A stretch of DNA of 32,000 nucleotides from Edaphobacter aggregans. GTDB lineage: Bacteria > Acidobacteriota > Terriglobia > Terriglobales > Acidobacteriaceae. Below, piece by piece: positions 18,811 through 26,615 of this stretch (positions within the stretch are counted from its first letter, which is position 1; each line of letters starts with the position of its first letter). The notes beneath the pieces are model-generated. The model searched no databases and was not told where the DNA came from. It saw nothing but the letters and a program-made list of their open reading frames with translations. The position numbers and the translations under genes were made by a program. The stretch lies in the NCBI RefSeq assembly GCF_003945235.1, contig NZ_RSDW01000001.1:3900001-3932000 (forward strand). Reading direction: 5' to 3'.

Positions 18811-20754
18811 CTAGTGGGTGACTACCTTGCGGGTGTGGGTTGTGGCGGTGGTTTCGGGGATGTTGCCGTCGTTTAGGACGATCTCATCGGGGTTGCCTTC
18901 GAAGACTATGCGGGTGGAGGCTGTGGAGTGGCCGGGGACTCGGACGCGCTCGGTTGTGGTGAGATCGCCGGAGCGGACGGTGACGGGGACGTCGGCGATG
19001 GCTTCGCCTTCGTTGCGGACTTCGATGGCAATGAGCCAGCTGGTGGCTTTGTTGCCCTGCGCGGGTAGCTCGCGGGGGGTCACGTTGGCGATGCTCAGGT
19101 CGGCGAGGCCACGGTCGTTGTAGACCCAGTCGTCGAAGAACCAGCGCAGGTCTTTCTTTGAGGTTTGTTCGAGGATGGTCTGGAAGTGGTGGGGATCTTG
19201 TTCGGCGGGACCGCTGCGGCGGTAGAGCTGGAGGGCATGCTTGAGGGCTTCGTCGCCGACGATGGAACGGAGCATCCATAGGACGGCGGCGGCTTTGTTG
19301 CGGTAATAGAGCTCGTCGGTGGCCTGGATGAGGGATTGGCCTTCGGGGGCGGGTGGCTGGGGGGTGCTGCTGCTGGTTTGGGCGTCGGTGGGGGGCGTTG
19401 TGGCGGGTTGGGAGCCAGCGGGTTCAGCCAGAGAGAGCGGGATTCGCTGCTGGTTGAGCTGATCGAGCGCGGCGTCGCGGCCCTGGGTGCGCTCGATCCA
19501 GAGGAGAGACATGAACTGGGGGACGCCCTCGTTGAGCCAGGCGTGCGAGGAGTGGAACCAGGCGTGGGTGAGGGAGTGGACGAGAGGCAGGGTGAGGGTG
19601 CTGACGTTGGGGTGCTGCATATTGGTGACCAGGAAGGCGCCGTCTTCGAAGGGCTGGCCTTCGTGGTCGAGGATGGTGAGGGAGGTAAGGGGGGTGGGAC
19701 CGAGCCAGTCGGCGAGGAGAGGCTGGATGGTGTCGGCGGCGGCGGCGAAGGCGGGAACGGCGTCGGGGTTGCCAGTGATGGTGGTGATGAGGTTGTTGGG
19801 GGCGGGGGTGGCGGTGCGGTCGGTGAGGAAGAGGCTGGGGATGCGGAAGCCGAGAGGCTGAGGGGCGAAGTCGGCGGTGGCGATACCGGGGGCGTTGGCT
19901 ACGGGGGTGTCGGGGTTTTCGGTGATGGGGAGGAGAGGCTCGCGGCGGCCGTTGAAGAAAGCGTCTTTGGGGGCGTCGCCGACGTACTCGACGGTGAGGC
20001 GGAGGCGGAAGGTGGCGGGGGATTGCTGGAGCTTGGTGCGGCCTGCGGCCTGGAAGAGCTTGGCTCCGTCGCCGAGGAAGAGAGGGGCGGAGGCGGTGGG
20101 GTACCAGAGGACGTTGCCGAAGCCGCGAAGTGCGGTGGTGTCGGGGGTGATGGCGTCCCAGTCGGCGTGGGCGGCCTGGCTGGGTGGGGCGTCGATGACG
20201 TCGAGGCGGCGGGCGGAGAATTCAATGGGGCCGGAGTAGATGGCGGAGAGATCGAGGGTGTCGCCGGGGGCGAGGGGGTGGGGGAGGGTGACGACGGCTT
20301 CGGTGGCCTGGCCGGTGTGGTCGGCGTCGGTGTTGATGGTCTGCTGGACGAACTTGAGGGGTTGAACGCCGGTGGGGGTGGTGAGGGCGAGGTTTTCCCA
20401 CTGAAGGGTGGAGGAGAGCTGGAGGGCGAGGCGTTCGAGGGGGGCGGAACCGGAGTTGCGGACGGTGAAACGGGCGTGTACTGCCAGGTGGGAGCTGGCG
20501 GGGGTGATGTGCACGTCGAGGTCGTAGGCGGTGAAGGTGAGGGAGTTGCGCTCGGCGTCGGGGATTTTGATGGTCTCTTGCGACGCGGGCGCGGGCTTGG
20601 CTGCGGGCTGGGGCTGTTCGGTGTCCTGGTTGCGGTTGAAGAGGACCGTTCCTTGAGGCGGTGGTGCGGGCGCAGGTGTGGGCTGCTGGTCTTGTGGGGT
20701 CTGTGCGGATGCAGTTGCGGCGAAGAGGCAGAGAGCGAGGAGGGTTCGGGTCAA
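18811..20754 (-). CDS. secreted M1-family (aminopeptidase N-like) protein with non-canonical HSxxH motif
   Basis: TTG 20754 (AAGG 9 nt upstream) gives the signal peptide MTRTLLALCLFAATASA/QT. VHSLTHAWF...WLNEG aligns to the M1 pattern HExxHxWF...WLNEG. The ORF-track N-terminal 69 codons cross a repeat element and are rejected. Confidence 0.75.
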   Translation of the reverse strand: MTRTLLALCLFAATASAQTPQDQQPTPAPAPPPQGTVLFNRNQDTEQPQPAAKPAPASQETIKIPDAERNSLTFTAYDLDVHITPASSHLAVHARFTVRNSGSAPLERLALQLSSTLQWENLALTTPTGVQPLKFVQQTINTDADHTGQATEAVVTLPHPLAPGDTLDLSAIYSGPIEFSARRLDVIDAPPSQAAHADWDAITPDTTALRGFGNVLWYPTASAPLFLGDGAKLFQAAGRTKLQQSPATFRLRLTVEYVGDAPKDAFFNGRREPLLPITENPDTPVANAPGIATADFAPQPLGFRIPSLFLTDRTATPAPNNLITTITGNPDAVPAFAAAADTIQPLLADWLGPTPLTSLTILDHEGQPFEDGAFLVTNMQHPNVSTLTLPLVHSLTHAWFHSSHAWLNEGVPQFMSLLWIERTQGRDAALDQLNQQRIPLSLAEPAGSQPATTPPTDAQTSSSTPQPPAPEGQSLIQATDELYYRNKAAAVLWMLRSIVGDEALKHALQLYRRSGPAEQDPHHFQTILEQTSKKDLRWFFDDWVYNDRGLADLSIANVTPRELPAQGNKATSWLIAIEVRNEGEAIADVPVTVRSGDLTTTERVRVPGHSTASTRIVFEGNPDEIVLNDGNIPETTATTHTRKVVTH

Positions 20755-20800
20755 GTAGGGGAGCCTTATTTGTGTTGGACGAGTCTTGGGAGAAGAAAGG

Positions 20801-20860
20801 CATACCTCAGGGGCTAAAGCCCCTTTTTGCCGGGGCGTAGAGAGACCCAAGGCTAAAGCC
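20801..20860. repeat. hairpin-rich 60-nt dispersed repeat (GGGGCTRAAGYCCC ... AAGGCTRAAGCC)
   Basis: Aligns over its full length, with a few substitutions and small indels, to 30301-30361. A related GGCTGAAGC motif follows at 20888-20897. Confidence 0.7.
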
Positions 20861-20982
20861 GCATTGTCTATGGAGCACTTGCGACGCGGCTGAAGCGGTG
20901 CCCTTAAGCAAGACAAGGGCAATTCAATATCTTCGCGAGTCGTGGGGTTATTTATAAGCATTCACGGCGATCTCTTGGTTCA

Positions 20983-21771
20983 TCAGACGCTGCCGAGGCC
21001 TTTGCGTTTCTTTGGCTTGGGTGGGGCGATGGGTTCGGGGGGCTGGCGGCGTTGGCGCATGGCCTCGTACATGACGATGGCTCCGGCGACGGAGACGTTG
21101 AGGGAGGAGACCTGGCCGGCCATGGGGATGCGGAGGAGATGGTCGCAGGTCTTTTTGACGAGGTCGTGGAGGCCGGCTCCTTCGCGGCCGAGGACCAGGA
21201 CGCAGTTGGTGCGGAAGTCGAAGTCCATGTAGTCGGGGGTGCCGCGCTCGTCGAGGCCGAGGACCCAGACGTTGTTCTGCTTGAGCTGCTCGAGGGAGCG
21301 AACGAGGTTAGTGACGCGGGCGACGCGGACGTGTTCGGAGGCTCCGGCGGAGGTTTTGGCTACGGTTCCGGTGATGGGGGCAGAGCGGCGCTCGGGGAGG
21401 ATGACGCCGTCGACACCGGCTCCGTCGGCGGTGCGGAGGAGGGCGCCGAGGTTGTGTGGGTCTTCGACGCCGTCGAGGGCGAGGAAGAAGCTGTGCTGGC
21501 CGTCGGGTTTAGGGGCGAGGAGGTCTTCGATGGTGAGGAACTGGCGCTCGCGGACGACGGCGAGGACGCCTTGGTGGGCGTCGGTGCGGGCGAGGCGGGT
21601 GAGCTGGTCGCGGGGCTCGATGGAGACGCGGATTTTGGCGGCTCGGCAGAGCTCGATGAGGCGTTCGAGGCGGTCGTCACGGCGCTCGCGGGCTACGCTG
21701 ACGTGATCGAGCTGGCGGGCACCGGAGCGGATGGCCTCCTCAACTGGGTGGAGGCCGTAGAGAACTTCCAT
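20983..21771 (-). CDS. rlmB: 23S rRNA (guanosine-2'-O)-methyltransferase RlmB (SpoU/TrmH family)
   Basis: N-terminal SpoU_sub_bind-like YGLHPVEEAI. TrmH motifs DGVEDPHNLGALLRTA, LVLGREGAGL and IPMAGQVSSLNVSVA. Confidence 0.92.
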   Translation of the reverse strand: MEVLYGLHPVEEAIRSGARQLDHVSVARERRDDRLERLIELCRAAKIRVSIEPRDQLTRLARTDAHQGVLAVVRERQFLTIEDLLAPKPDGQHSFFLALDGVEDPHNLGALLRTADGAGVDGVILPERRSAPITGTVAKTSAGASEHVRVARVTNLVRSLEQLKQNNVWVLGLDERGTPDYMDFDFRTNCVLVLGREGAGLHDLVKKTCDHLLRIPMAGQVSSLNVSVAGAIVMYEAMRQRRQPPEPIAPPKPKKRKGLGSV

Positions 21772-22091
21772 GGTTCAAGTTTACCTGCTCGGAAGTAGGG
21801 AATAGGGGGTGGGGAGTAGAGGCGGTGCAAACGCGACGGCTCTATCGAATTTGTTGTGGACTGTGTGTGTTGGAGAAAGATTGATCAGACGCATGAAAAG
21901 ACTCGCGTAGATGGGTGGCGGGTCGTAGAATTGGGCCAACCATAAAACAGCTGTTTGGAAGTGTGCGTTCTGGATGATTTAGGCTAGGCGCTCGGCTTTG
22001 CGGCTGCGATTTGGGAGTGGTTGTGTCGCAGATTATGGATGATTCCAGTCGAGACCGAGACTTTTCCATGCAAATGAGCGTCAATAAGGAT

Positions 22092-22724
22092 ATGTCCGGT
22101 ATGGCCATTTCGCTGGCGGGTTCGCTTGCTCATCAAGAGAGCGAAAATGTGGTCATCGCGCAGGGGTTGAAGAGGCAGGATCCGGAGCTTCTTGACCATC
22201 TGATCGAGGTGTACCAGCACAGGCTGATGCGCTACCTGCTGTTTTTGACGGGTAAGCGTGAGGTGGCCGAGGACCTGTTCCAGGAGACATGGATGCGGGT
22301 ACTGCTGCGAGGCGCGCAGTACAACGGCAAGGCTCGGTTCGATACGTGGTTGTACACGATTGCGCGAAATCTGGTGATCGATCTGTCGCGGAAGCGCACC
22401 ATGGCCAGCCTGGATGAGATGAGCGAGGGTGGGGAGGACGACCGGCCATTTGAGATTCCAACGACAGGGCCTTCTCCGCTGGAGCAGTTTCAGTCGCGCG
22501 AGAACAGCGCCGAGGTGGGTGAGGTGCTGCTGCGGCTGGAGCCGACGTATCGCGAGGTTTTGGTGTTGCGGTTTTATGAAGAGCTGTCGCTGGAGGAGAT
22601 TGCCGGGATGACGAAGGCGCCTCTTTCGACGGTGAAGTCACGGTTGTATCGCGGTCTTGCTGCTTTGAAGCCTGAGATGGAGCAGATTCGCGCATCGCGT
22701 CCTGTGGGGGAGGCGGCTGTATGA
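22092..22724 (+). CDS. ECF (sigma-70 family) RNA polymerase sigma factor
   Basis: Region 2 (AEDLFQETWMRVL...FDTWLYTIARNLVIDLSRKR) and region 4 (VLVLRFYEELSLEEIAGMTKAPLSTVKSRLYRG). Start uncertain (candidates 22011 TTG; 22035, 22068, 22092, 22101 ATG). Confidence 0.88.
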   Translation: MSGMAISLAGSLAHQESENVVIAQGLKRQDPELLDHLIEVYQHRLMRYLLFLTGKREVAEDLFQETWMRVLLRGAQYNGKARFDTWLYTIARNLVIDLSRKRTMASLDEMSEGGEDDRPFEIPTTGPSPLEQFQSRENSAEVGEVLLRLEPTYREVLVLRFYEELSLEEIAGMTKAPLSTVKSRLYRGLAALKPEMEQIRASRPVGEAAV

Positions 22725-23110
22725 ATGATGCCCGCGACAAGAAGTTTCCGGAAGTAGATACGGGTCTGTTTATGCGAGGGGAACTGCCGGGGATGGACTC
22801 GGCGGCGCGGTCGTCGATTGTGAACCGGACGCATCGGGTGGTTCGGGAGCGGGCGACGAAGATGGCGGCACGGCGGAATCGCGCGCGCAGCTTGTGGGTG
22901 CCGATGGCGGTCTGCTCGGCGCTGGTGGTGATGATCTGCACGGCGGGGTGGAGCGTTCTGGACGAGTATGATGCCGCGCCGACGGGTGTGCCGGACTCGA
23001 GCGATCAGTTTCTGGTTCTTGCACTTTGGTTTTTCCCGGTTTCAATGGCGCTGCTGGCGATGGTATGGTTCCGTCGTACTCGTAATCGCTCCGGCAGAGA
23101 GGCTATGTAA
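22721..23110 (+). CDS. two-TM membrane protein, putative anti-sigma factor (no zinc motif)
   Basis: ATGA overlap with the sigma stop. Cytoplasmic N-terminus of about 55 aa, then LWVPMAVCSALVVMICTAGW and FLVLALWFFPVSMALLAMVW. The role is inferred from position only. Confidence 0.6.
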   Translation: MNDARDKKFPEVDTGLFMRGELPGMDSAARSSIVNRTHRVVRERATKMAARRNRARSLWVPMAVCSALVVMICTAGWSVLDEYDAAPTGVPDSSDQFLVLALWFFPVSMALLAMVWFRRTRNRSGREAM

Positions 23111-23658
23111 TGACGATCACGTGGAAGCCGAAGACAAACCGATCGGAGGAGGCACAGGCAGGTGGAGAAGACCGCCTGAGCATGATCCCTGCGTGGTCGG
23201 TGGTCTTGGCGATCGCAGTGTTTGCTGGGGTCCAATACCTGTTCCACGGGGTGATGCCGCACCACAAGCATGAGATGCTGCCGATGCGACTGCTGATGGG
23301 CTACGCGTGGGGGACAGCATTTGCCAGCTACGTTCTGCTGGTGGGGTATGTAAGCAGGGATGTGAAGCGGCGCAATATGCCGGCCGGGCTATGGATGCTG
23401 ATTGTGGGGTTGATGCCGGGCGGGATTGGTGCGGTGGTGTACTTCCTGCTGCGACAGCCAGCTCTGACTCCGTGCCCGCATTGCAGCACTGAGCTTACGG
23501 CGAATGTGCACTTCTGTCCGCAGTGCCAGTTTCAGCTGGCTCCGGTGTGCGGGCGGTGCTTCCGCGGAGTGCAGATCACGGATGTGTATTGCGTCCAGTG
23601 CGGCCATGATCTGGCCGAGGACCACACGCCGGCGAGGCTGCGCGCGTATAGTGACTAG
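23110..23658 (+). CDS. membrane protein with PLDc_N-like segment and C-terminal double zinc ribbon
   Basis: 1-nt overlap (TAATG) with the upstream stop. TM helices. LWMLIVGLMPGGIGAVVYFLLRQP resembles the PLDc_N motif (from memory). CPHC...CPQC...CGRC...CVQC gives four CxxC pairs. Confidence 0.7.
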   Translation: MTITWKPKTNRSEEAQAGGEDRLSMIPAWSVVLAIAVFAGVQYLFHGVMPHHKHEMLPMRLLMGYAWGTAFASYVLLVGYVSRDVKRRNMPAGLWMLIVGLMPGGIGAVVYFLLRQPALTPCPHCSTELTANVHFCPQCQFQLAPVCGRCFRGVQITDVYCVQCGHDLAEDHTPARLRAYSD

Positions 23659-23666
23659 TTGTAGCG

Positions 23667-24476
23667 ATGTCACTGACAGCACTCATCATCGACGACGAAC
23701 CGCTGGCCCGGCAGGAGTTGCAGTATCTGCTGGAGCGCGTGGGTGGGGTTGAGGTCCTGGCGCAGGGGACCAATGGAATTGAAGCGGTGGAGCTGATTCG
23801 CACGCATAAACCTGATGTGGTGTTTCTGGATGTGCAGATGCCGGGGCTGGACGGGTTCGCCGTACTGAAGAAGCTGCTGGATCGCAAGGTGCCGATGCCG
23901 CAGGTGGTGTTTGCGACGGCGTTCAACCAGTATGCGGTGCGGGCGTTCGAGGTGAACGCGATCGACTATCTGCTGAAGCCGTTTGACCGCAAGCGGGTGA
24001 TGCAGACGATCGAGAAGGCGCAGGCTCGGGTGGTGGGGCCGGGAGAGCCAGCTAGTCCGAGTCTCGAGACGGGCGCGAAGCTCGACGCCCTGCTGAAGCT
24101 GGTGGAGGAGCAGTCGCATGCGCAGGCTCCCAAACCGAATACGGGCAAGGTGGTGGTGCGGGCGCAGAGCCGGTTGCTGCTGGTGGATCAGAAGGAGATT
24201 TGTTTTGCGTCGATCGAGGGCGGGACGATCAGCGTGGTGACTTCGACGGTGGAGGGGCACTCGAACTGCCGGACGCTAGAGGAGTTGATGGACCAGCTCG
24301 ATCCGGAGGCGTTCTGGCGGGCGCACCGGTCGTTTGTGGTGAACATTCAGCACATTCGCGAGGTGGTGCCGTGGTTCAAGTCGAGCTACCAACTGCGGAT
24401 GGATGACCCGAAGAAGACAGAGATTCCGGTGAGCCGGGCCCAGACGAAACGGCTGAGAGAGCTGTTCAACCTGTAG
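23667..24476 (+). CDS. LytR/AlgR-family response regulator (REC + LytTR DNA-binding domain)
   Basis: REC domain: IIDDEP, FLDVQMPGLDG (phospho-acceptor Asp), LLKPF. LytTR domain: FWRAHRSFVVNIQHIREV...IPVSR. Confidence 0.92.
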   Translation: MSLTALIIDDEPLARQELQYLLERVGGVEVLAQGTNGIEAVELIRTHKPDVVFLDVQMPGLDGFAVLKKLLDRKVPMPQVVFATAFNQYAVRAFEVNAIDYLLKPFDRKRVMQTIEKAQARVVGPGEPASPSLETGAKLDALLKLVEEQSHAQAPKPNTGKVVVRAQSRLLLVDQKEICFASIEGGTISVVTSTVEGHSNCRTLEELMDQLDPEAFWRAHRSFVVNIQHIREVVPWFKSSYQLRMDDPKKTEIPVSRAQTKRLRELFNL

Positions 24477-24496
24477 GCCGGAGGCGAGCTTGAGCG

Positions 24497-24530
24497 GCGC
24501 AGCGACCTGATGTGGCTCAGATCGCTGCGC
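24497..24530. terminator. hairpin between convergent genes (candidate bidirectional terminator)
   Basis: GCGCAGCGA (24497-24505) pairs with TCGCTGCGC (24522-24530), 16-nt loop. Lies between the stops at 24476 (+) and 24538 (-). Confidence 0.4.
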
Positions 24531-24537
24531 TGCCTGC

Positions 24538-25383
24538 TTAGTTGTAAAGTTTTCCGCGTACCTTGGCGATCTCGCGAAGGTTCGCAAGTTTTGTGTTGTT
24601 TTTCTTCATGAACGCTGCGTTGAGTTTGCGCTTGTACGGTCTGAAAGAGTCCTTGCTTGCTTTCTTTCGCATCTGGTTGTCGACCCATACGCGCAGGCTC
24701 ATACCCGATGCTGATCCGAGGGTGACGATCTTTGGCGGGCCGGGATCGACGTAGAGGAGTTGCTGGAGTTGATTGGTCGCGGGGTTAACCCATGAGATGT
24801 AGCCGCCGGGCAGGATCTGCCTTGGCTTCAGGATGGCTCCCGTAAAGCTGTAGCGGGTGCCCGTGGTTACGACGGGATCGTAGAAGTGGGGTGTGATGAA
24901 GTCCGAGACAGCGATGCCCGCGATGGGATAGGTGTACTGATCGGCTTCGCAAGGGTCGCAGCCCTCGACGAGATAGCCGAACTGGGCGGTGCCATCCACG
25001 ATTTTTCCGCCGGTAATGGTGATGGAGGTGGAGGTCTGCAGACGGTTTCCGTAGGGGTCGATCAGCATTTCGATCGTCTCGTGGCTGGCATCGACGGTCC
25101 ACTCGTTGCTTGAGGGGCTAGCGATGACCTTGGCGTATGGCTGGTTGTGCTGGTCCATGTGGAAGCCACCCTCACCCGGCGGAAGCGACTTGACCAGGAA
25201 GACGGGCCATACCCCGGCAGGGATGCTGGTTGGGTCGGGAAGGTATCGGACGGTGGCCTGCACGTTCCAGAATTGCGTGAGGTCGCGAGTGACCTGAATG
25301 TTGAGAGCAGCCGCAGCTGCCTGCAAGAGATCAGGGCTTATTTTGCCTGTTTTGTCGGCGAGGCCGACTTGGATGAGTGACAT
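24538..25383 (-). CDS. hypothetical protein (281 aa) with SHETIEMLIDP motif and Lys/Arg-rich C-terminal tail
   Basis: Strong RBS (AAGGAG 7 nt upstream of the ATG). No signal peptide. Own upstream 198-nt spacer. No family recognised with confidence. Confidence 0.7.
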   Translation of the reverse strand: MSLIQVGLADKTGKISPDLLQAAAAALNIQVTRDLTQFWNVQATVRYLPDPTSIPAGVWPVFLVKSLPPGEGGFHMDQHNQPYAKVIASPSSNEWTVDASHETIEMLIDPYGNRLQTSTSITITGGKIVDGTAQFGYLVEGCDPCEADQYTYPIAGIAVSDFITPHFYDPVVTTGTRYSFTGAILKPRQILPGGYISWVNPATNQLQQLLYVDPGPPKIVTLGSASGMSLRVWVDNQMRKKASKDSFRPYKRKLNAAFMKKNNTKLANLREIAKVRGKLYN

Positions 25384-25581
25384 GATTAAGCTCCTTCTTG
25401 TCGAAGATGATGACGTTGCACCTATCTTGTGAAGGGCCCGTGAACTGTGATGTTGTACCCAGGGAAGAGAGCCAGTCTATATGAAAAGTAGCGATGGTGG
25501 ATGGGTTAATGAAGATCGGCGCGACACCGCATAGAGTGCGGAGATGTTTTGAATCGATGGGGCCGCTTTCGGATGGGATGG

Positions 25582-26223
25582 TTAGGCGCGGCCTTCGCGT
25601 TTTTGCGCCAAAACGAGACCTCTGGGGGTGGGGAGAAAGATCGCTGAGACGAGGCCTTCGGATTCGAGCTTGAAGGCGGCGTCGCGGACGATCTGGAGGT
25701 GGGAGCTGGCGTCGTGCATGAGTATGAGGCCGGTCGGGCGGATCTGGGGGAGGAAGCGCTTGACCTCGGCTTCGCGGATGGGCATGTCGGAGTCGGAGAA
25801 GAAGATGTCGATGGTGCCTTCGATGTGCATCTCGAGGGAGGACTCGTTGCGGAGCTCGATCCAGTCGGAGAGGCCGGAGGCGGCGATCTTTTCTGCGGCC
25901 TTGGCGAAGACGATAGGGTCGTACTCGCAGGAGATGATTTTGCCGAAGCCGTTGGCTCGGAGGCCTTCGGCGATCCAGAGGGTGGAGACGCCGAGGAAAG
26001 AGCCGGTTTCGACGACGAGGGTGGGCTTGAGGGTGGTGATGAGGGTGCGGAGGAACTCGAGGACCTCGGCTTCGGCGGTCATGGAGTCGTACATGTGCCA
26101 GCGCTCGGGGTGGGGGCACTCGGGGGTGGGGCGGTGATACTCGGGCAGGAGTGCTCCGGCGGCGCGCTCGGCCTGGAGCATGACTTTGTGTTCCTGCTTG
26201 ATCTTCTTTTTGAATAGGCCCAT
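25582..26223 (-). CDS. class I SAM-dependent methyltransferase (O-methyltransferase family 3 / Methyltransf_24-like)
   Basis: Motif I VVETGSFLGVST; acidic residue at the end of beta-2 (ISCEYD); later FSDSD. About 210 aa, typical size. Confidence 0.8.
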   Translation of the reverse strand: MGLFKKKIKQEHKVMLQAERAAGALLPEYHRPTPECPHPERWHMYDSMTAEAEVLEFLRTLITTLKPTLVVETGSFLGVSTLWIAEGLRANGFGKIISCEYDPIVFAKAAEKIAASGLSDWIELRNESSLEMHIEGTIDIFFSDSDMPIREAEVKRFLPQIRPTGLILMHDASSHLQIVRDAAFKLESEGLVSAIFLPTPRGLVLAQKREGRA

Positions 26224-26258
26224 GAGGGAAGTTTACAGGGATGTGGCGGAGGATGAGG

Positions 26259-26603
26259 CTAGAACATAGCGGCGATGCCGAGGACCTTGTTGATGGAATC
26301 GACTACAGTTGCGGCGGTGGTGATGTTCTTGGTGATGTTGGTGATGTCGGACTGGATCTTCTGAAGTGTCGCGCAGGTCTGCTTGATCTTGGGTTCTGCG
26401 GCAAGGAAGAGCGCGGTGTTAGCGTCGAGTTGGGCTTCGTCGAGGTCGGTAATGATGTCGTAGATGGATTCGCGCGCACCCTGGACGAGGTCTTTGGAGT
26501 TGATATCGGAGGCCTCCCAGTAGGCTCGGCCGAGGGAGTCGTAGAGGGCCTGGTAGTCGTCGATTGTCTGGGGTTTTTTGAGGATGGGTGGGGCGTCGGC
26601 CAT
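26259..26603 (-). CDS. small helical hypothetical protein (114 aa)
   Basis: Strong RBS (GGAGGA 4 nt upstream of the ATG) 12 nt after the upstream stop. Heptad-like helical composition. No signal peptide. Confidence 0.65.
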   Translation of the reverse strand: MADAPPILKKPQTIDDYQALYDSLGRAYWEASDINSKDLVQGARESIYDIITDLDEAQLDANTALFLAAEPKIKQTCATLQKIQSDITNITKNITTAATVVDSINKVLGIAAMF

Positions 26604-26615
26604 GGTTCCTCCGGG

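Noticed and set aside
18523-18876. 117-aa ORF encoding ...GKNNGNCNCNGKSRSLRDDNQKNNCNDNCNNC, and the opposite ORF 18516..18764
   Set aside because: This is the translation of the CAA/GCA-rich repeat patch. A similar artefactual peptide arises at the second copy (ORF 29961..30428).
19336-20817. 493-aa Gly-rich + strand ORF (also 19487..19861, 19877..20239) opposite the M1-like gene
   Set aside because: Extreme Gly/Glu/Val composition typical of an antisense shadow frame in high-GC DNA. The minus-strand frame has a signal peptide and M1-like motifs.
20755-20961. N-terminal 69 codons of ORF 18811..20961
   Set aside because: This extension reads through the dispersed 60-nt repeat. A TTG at 20754 gives a canonical signal peptide.
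21052-21798. 248-aa + strand ORF (and 21239..21706) opposite rlmB
   Set aside because: Low-complexity G/A/E/D shadow frame. The minus frame carries unambiguous SpoU/TrmH motifs.
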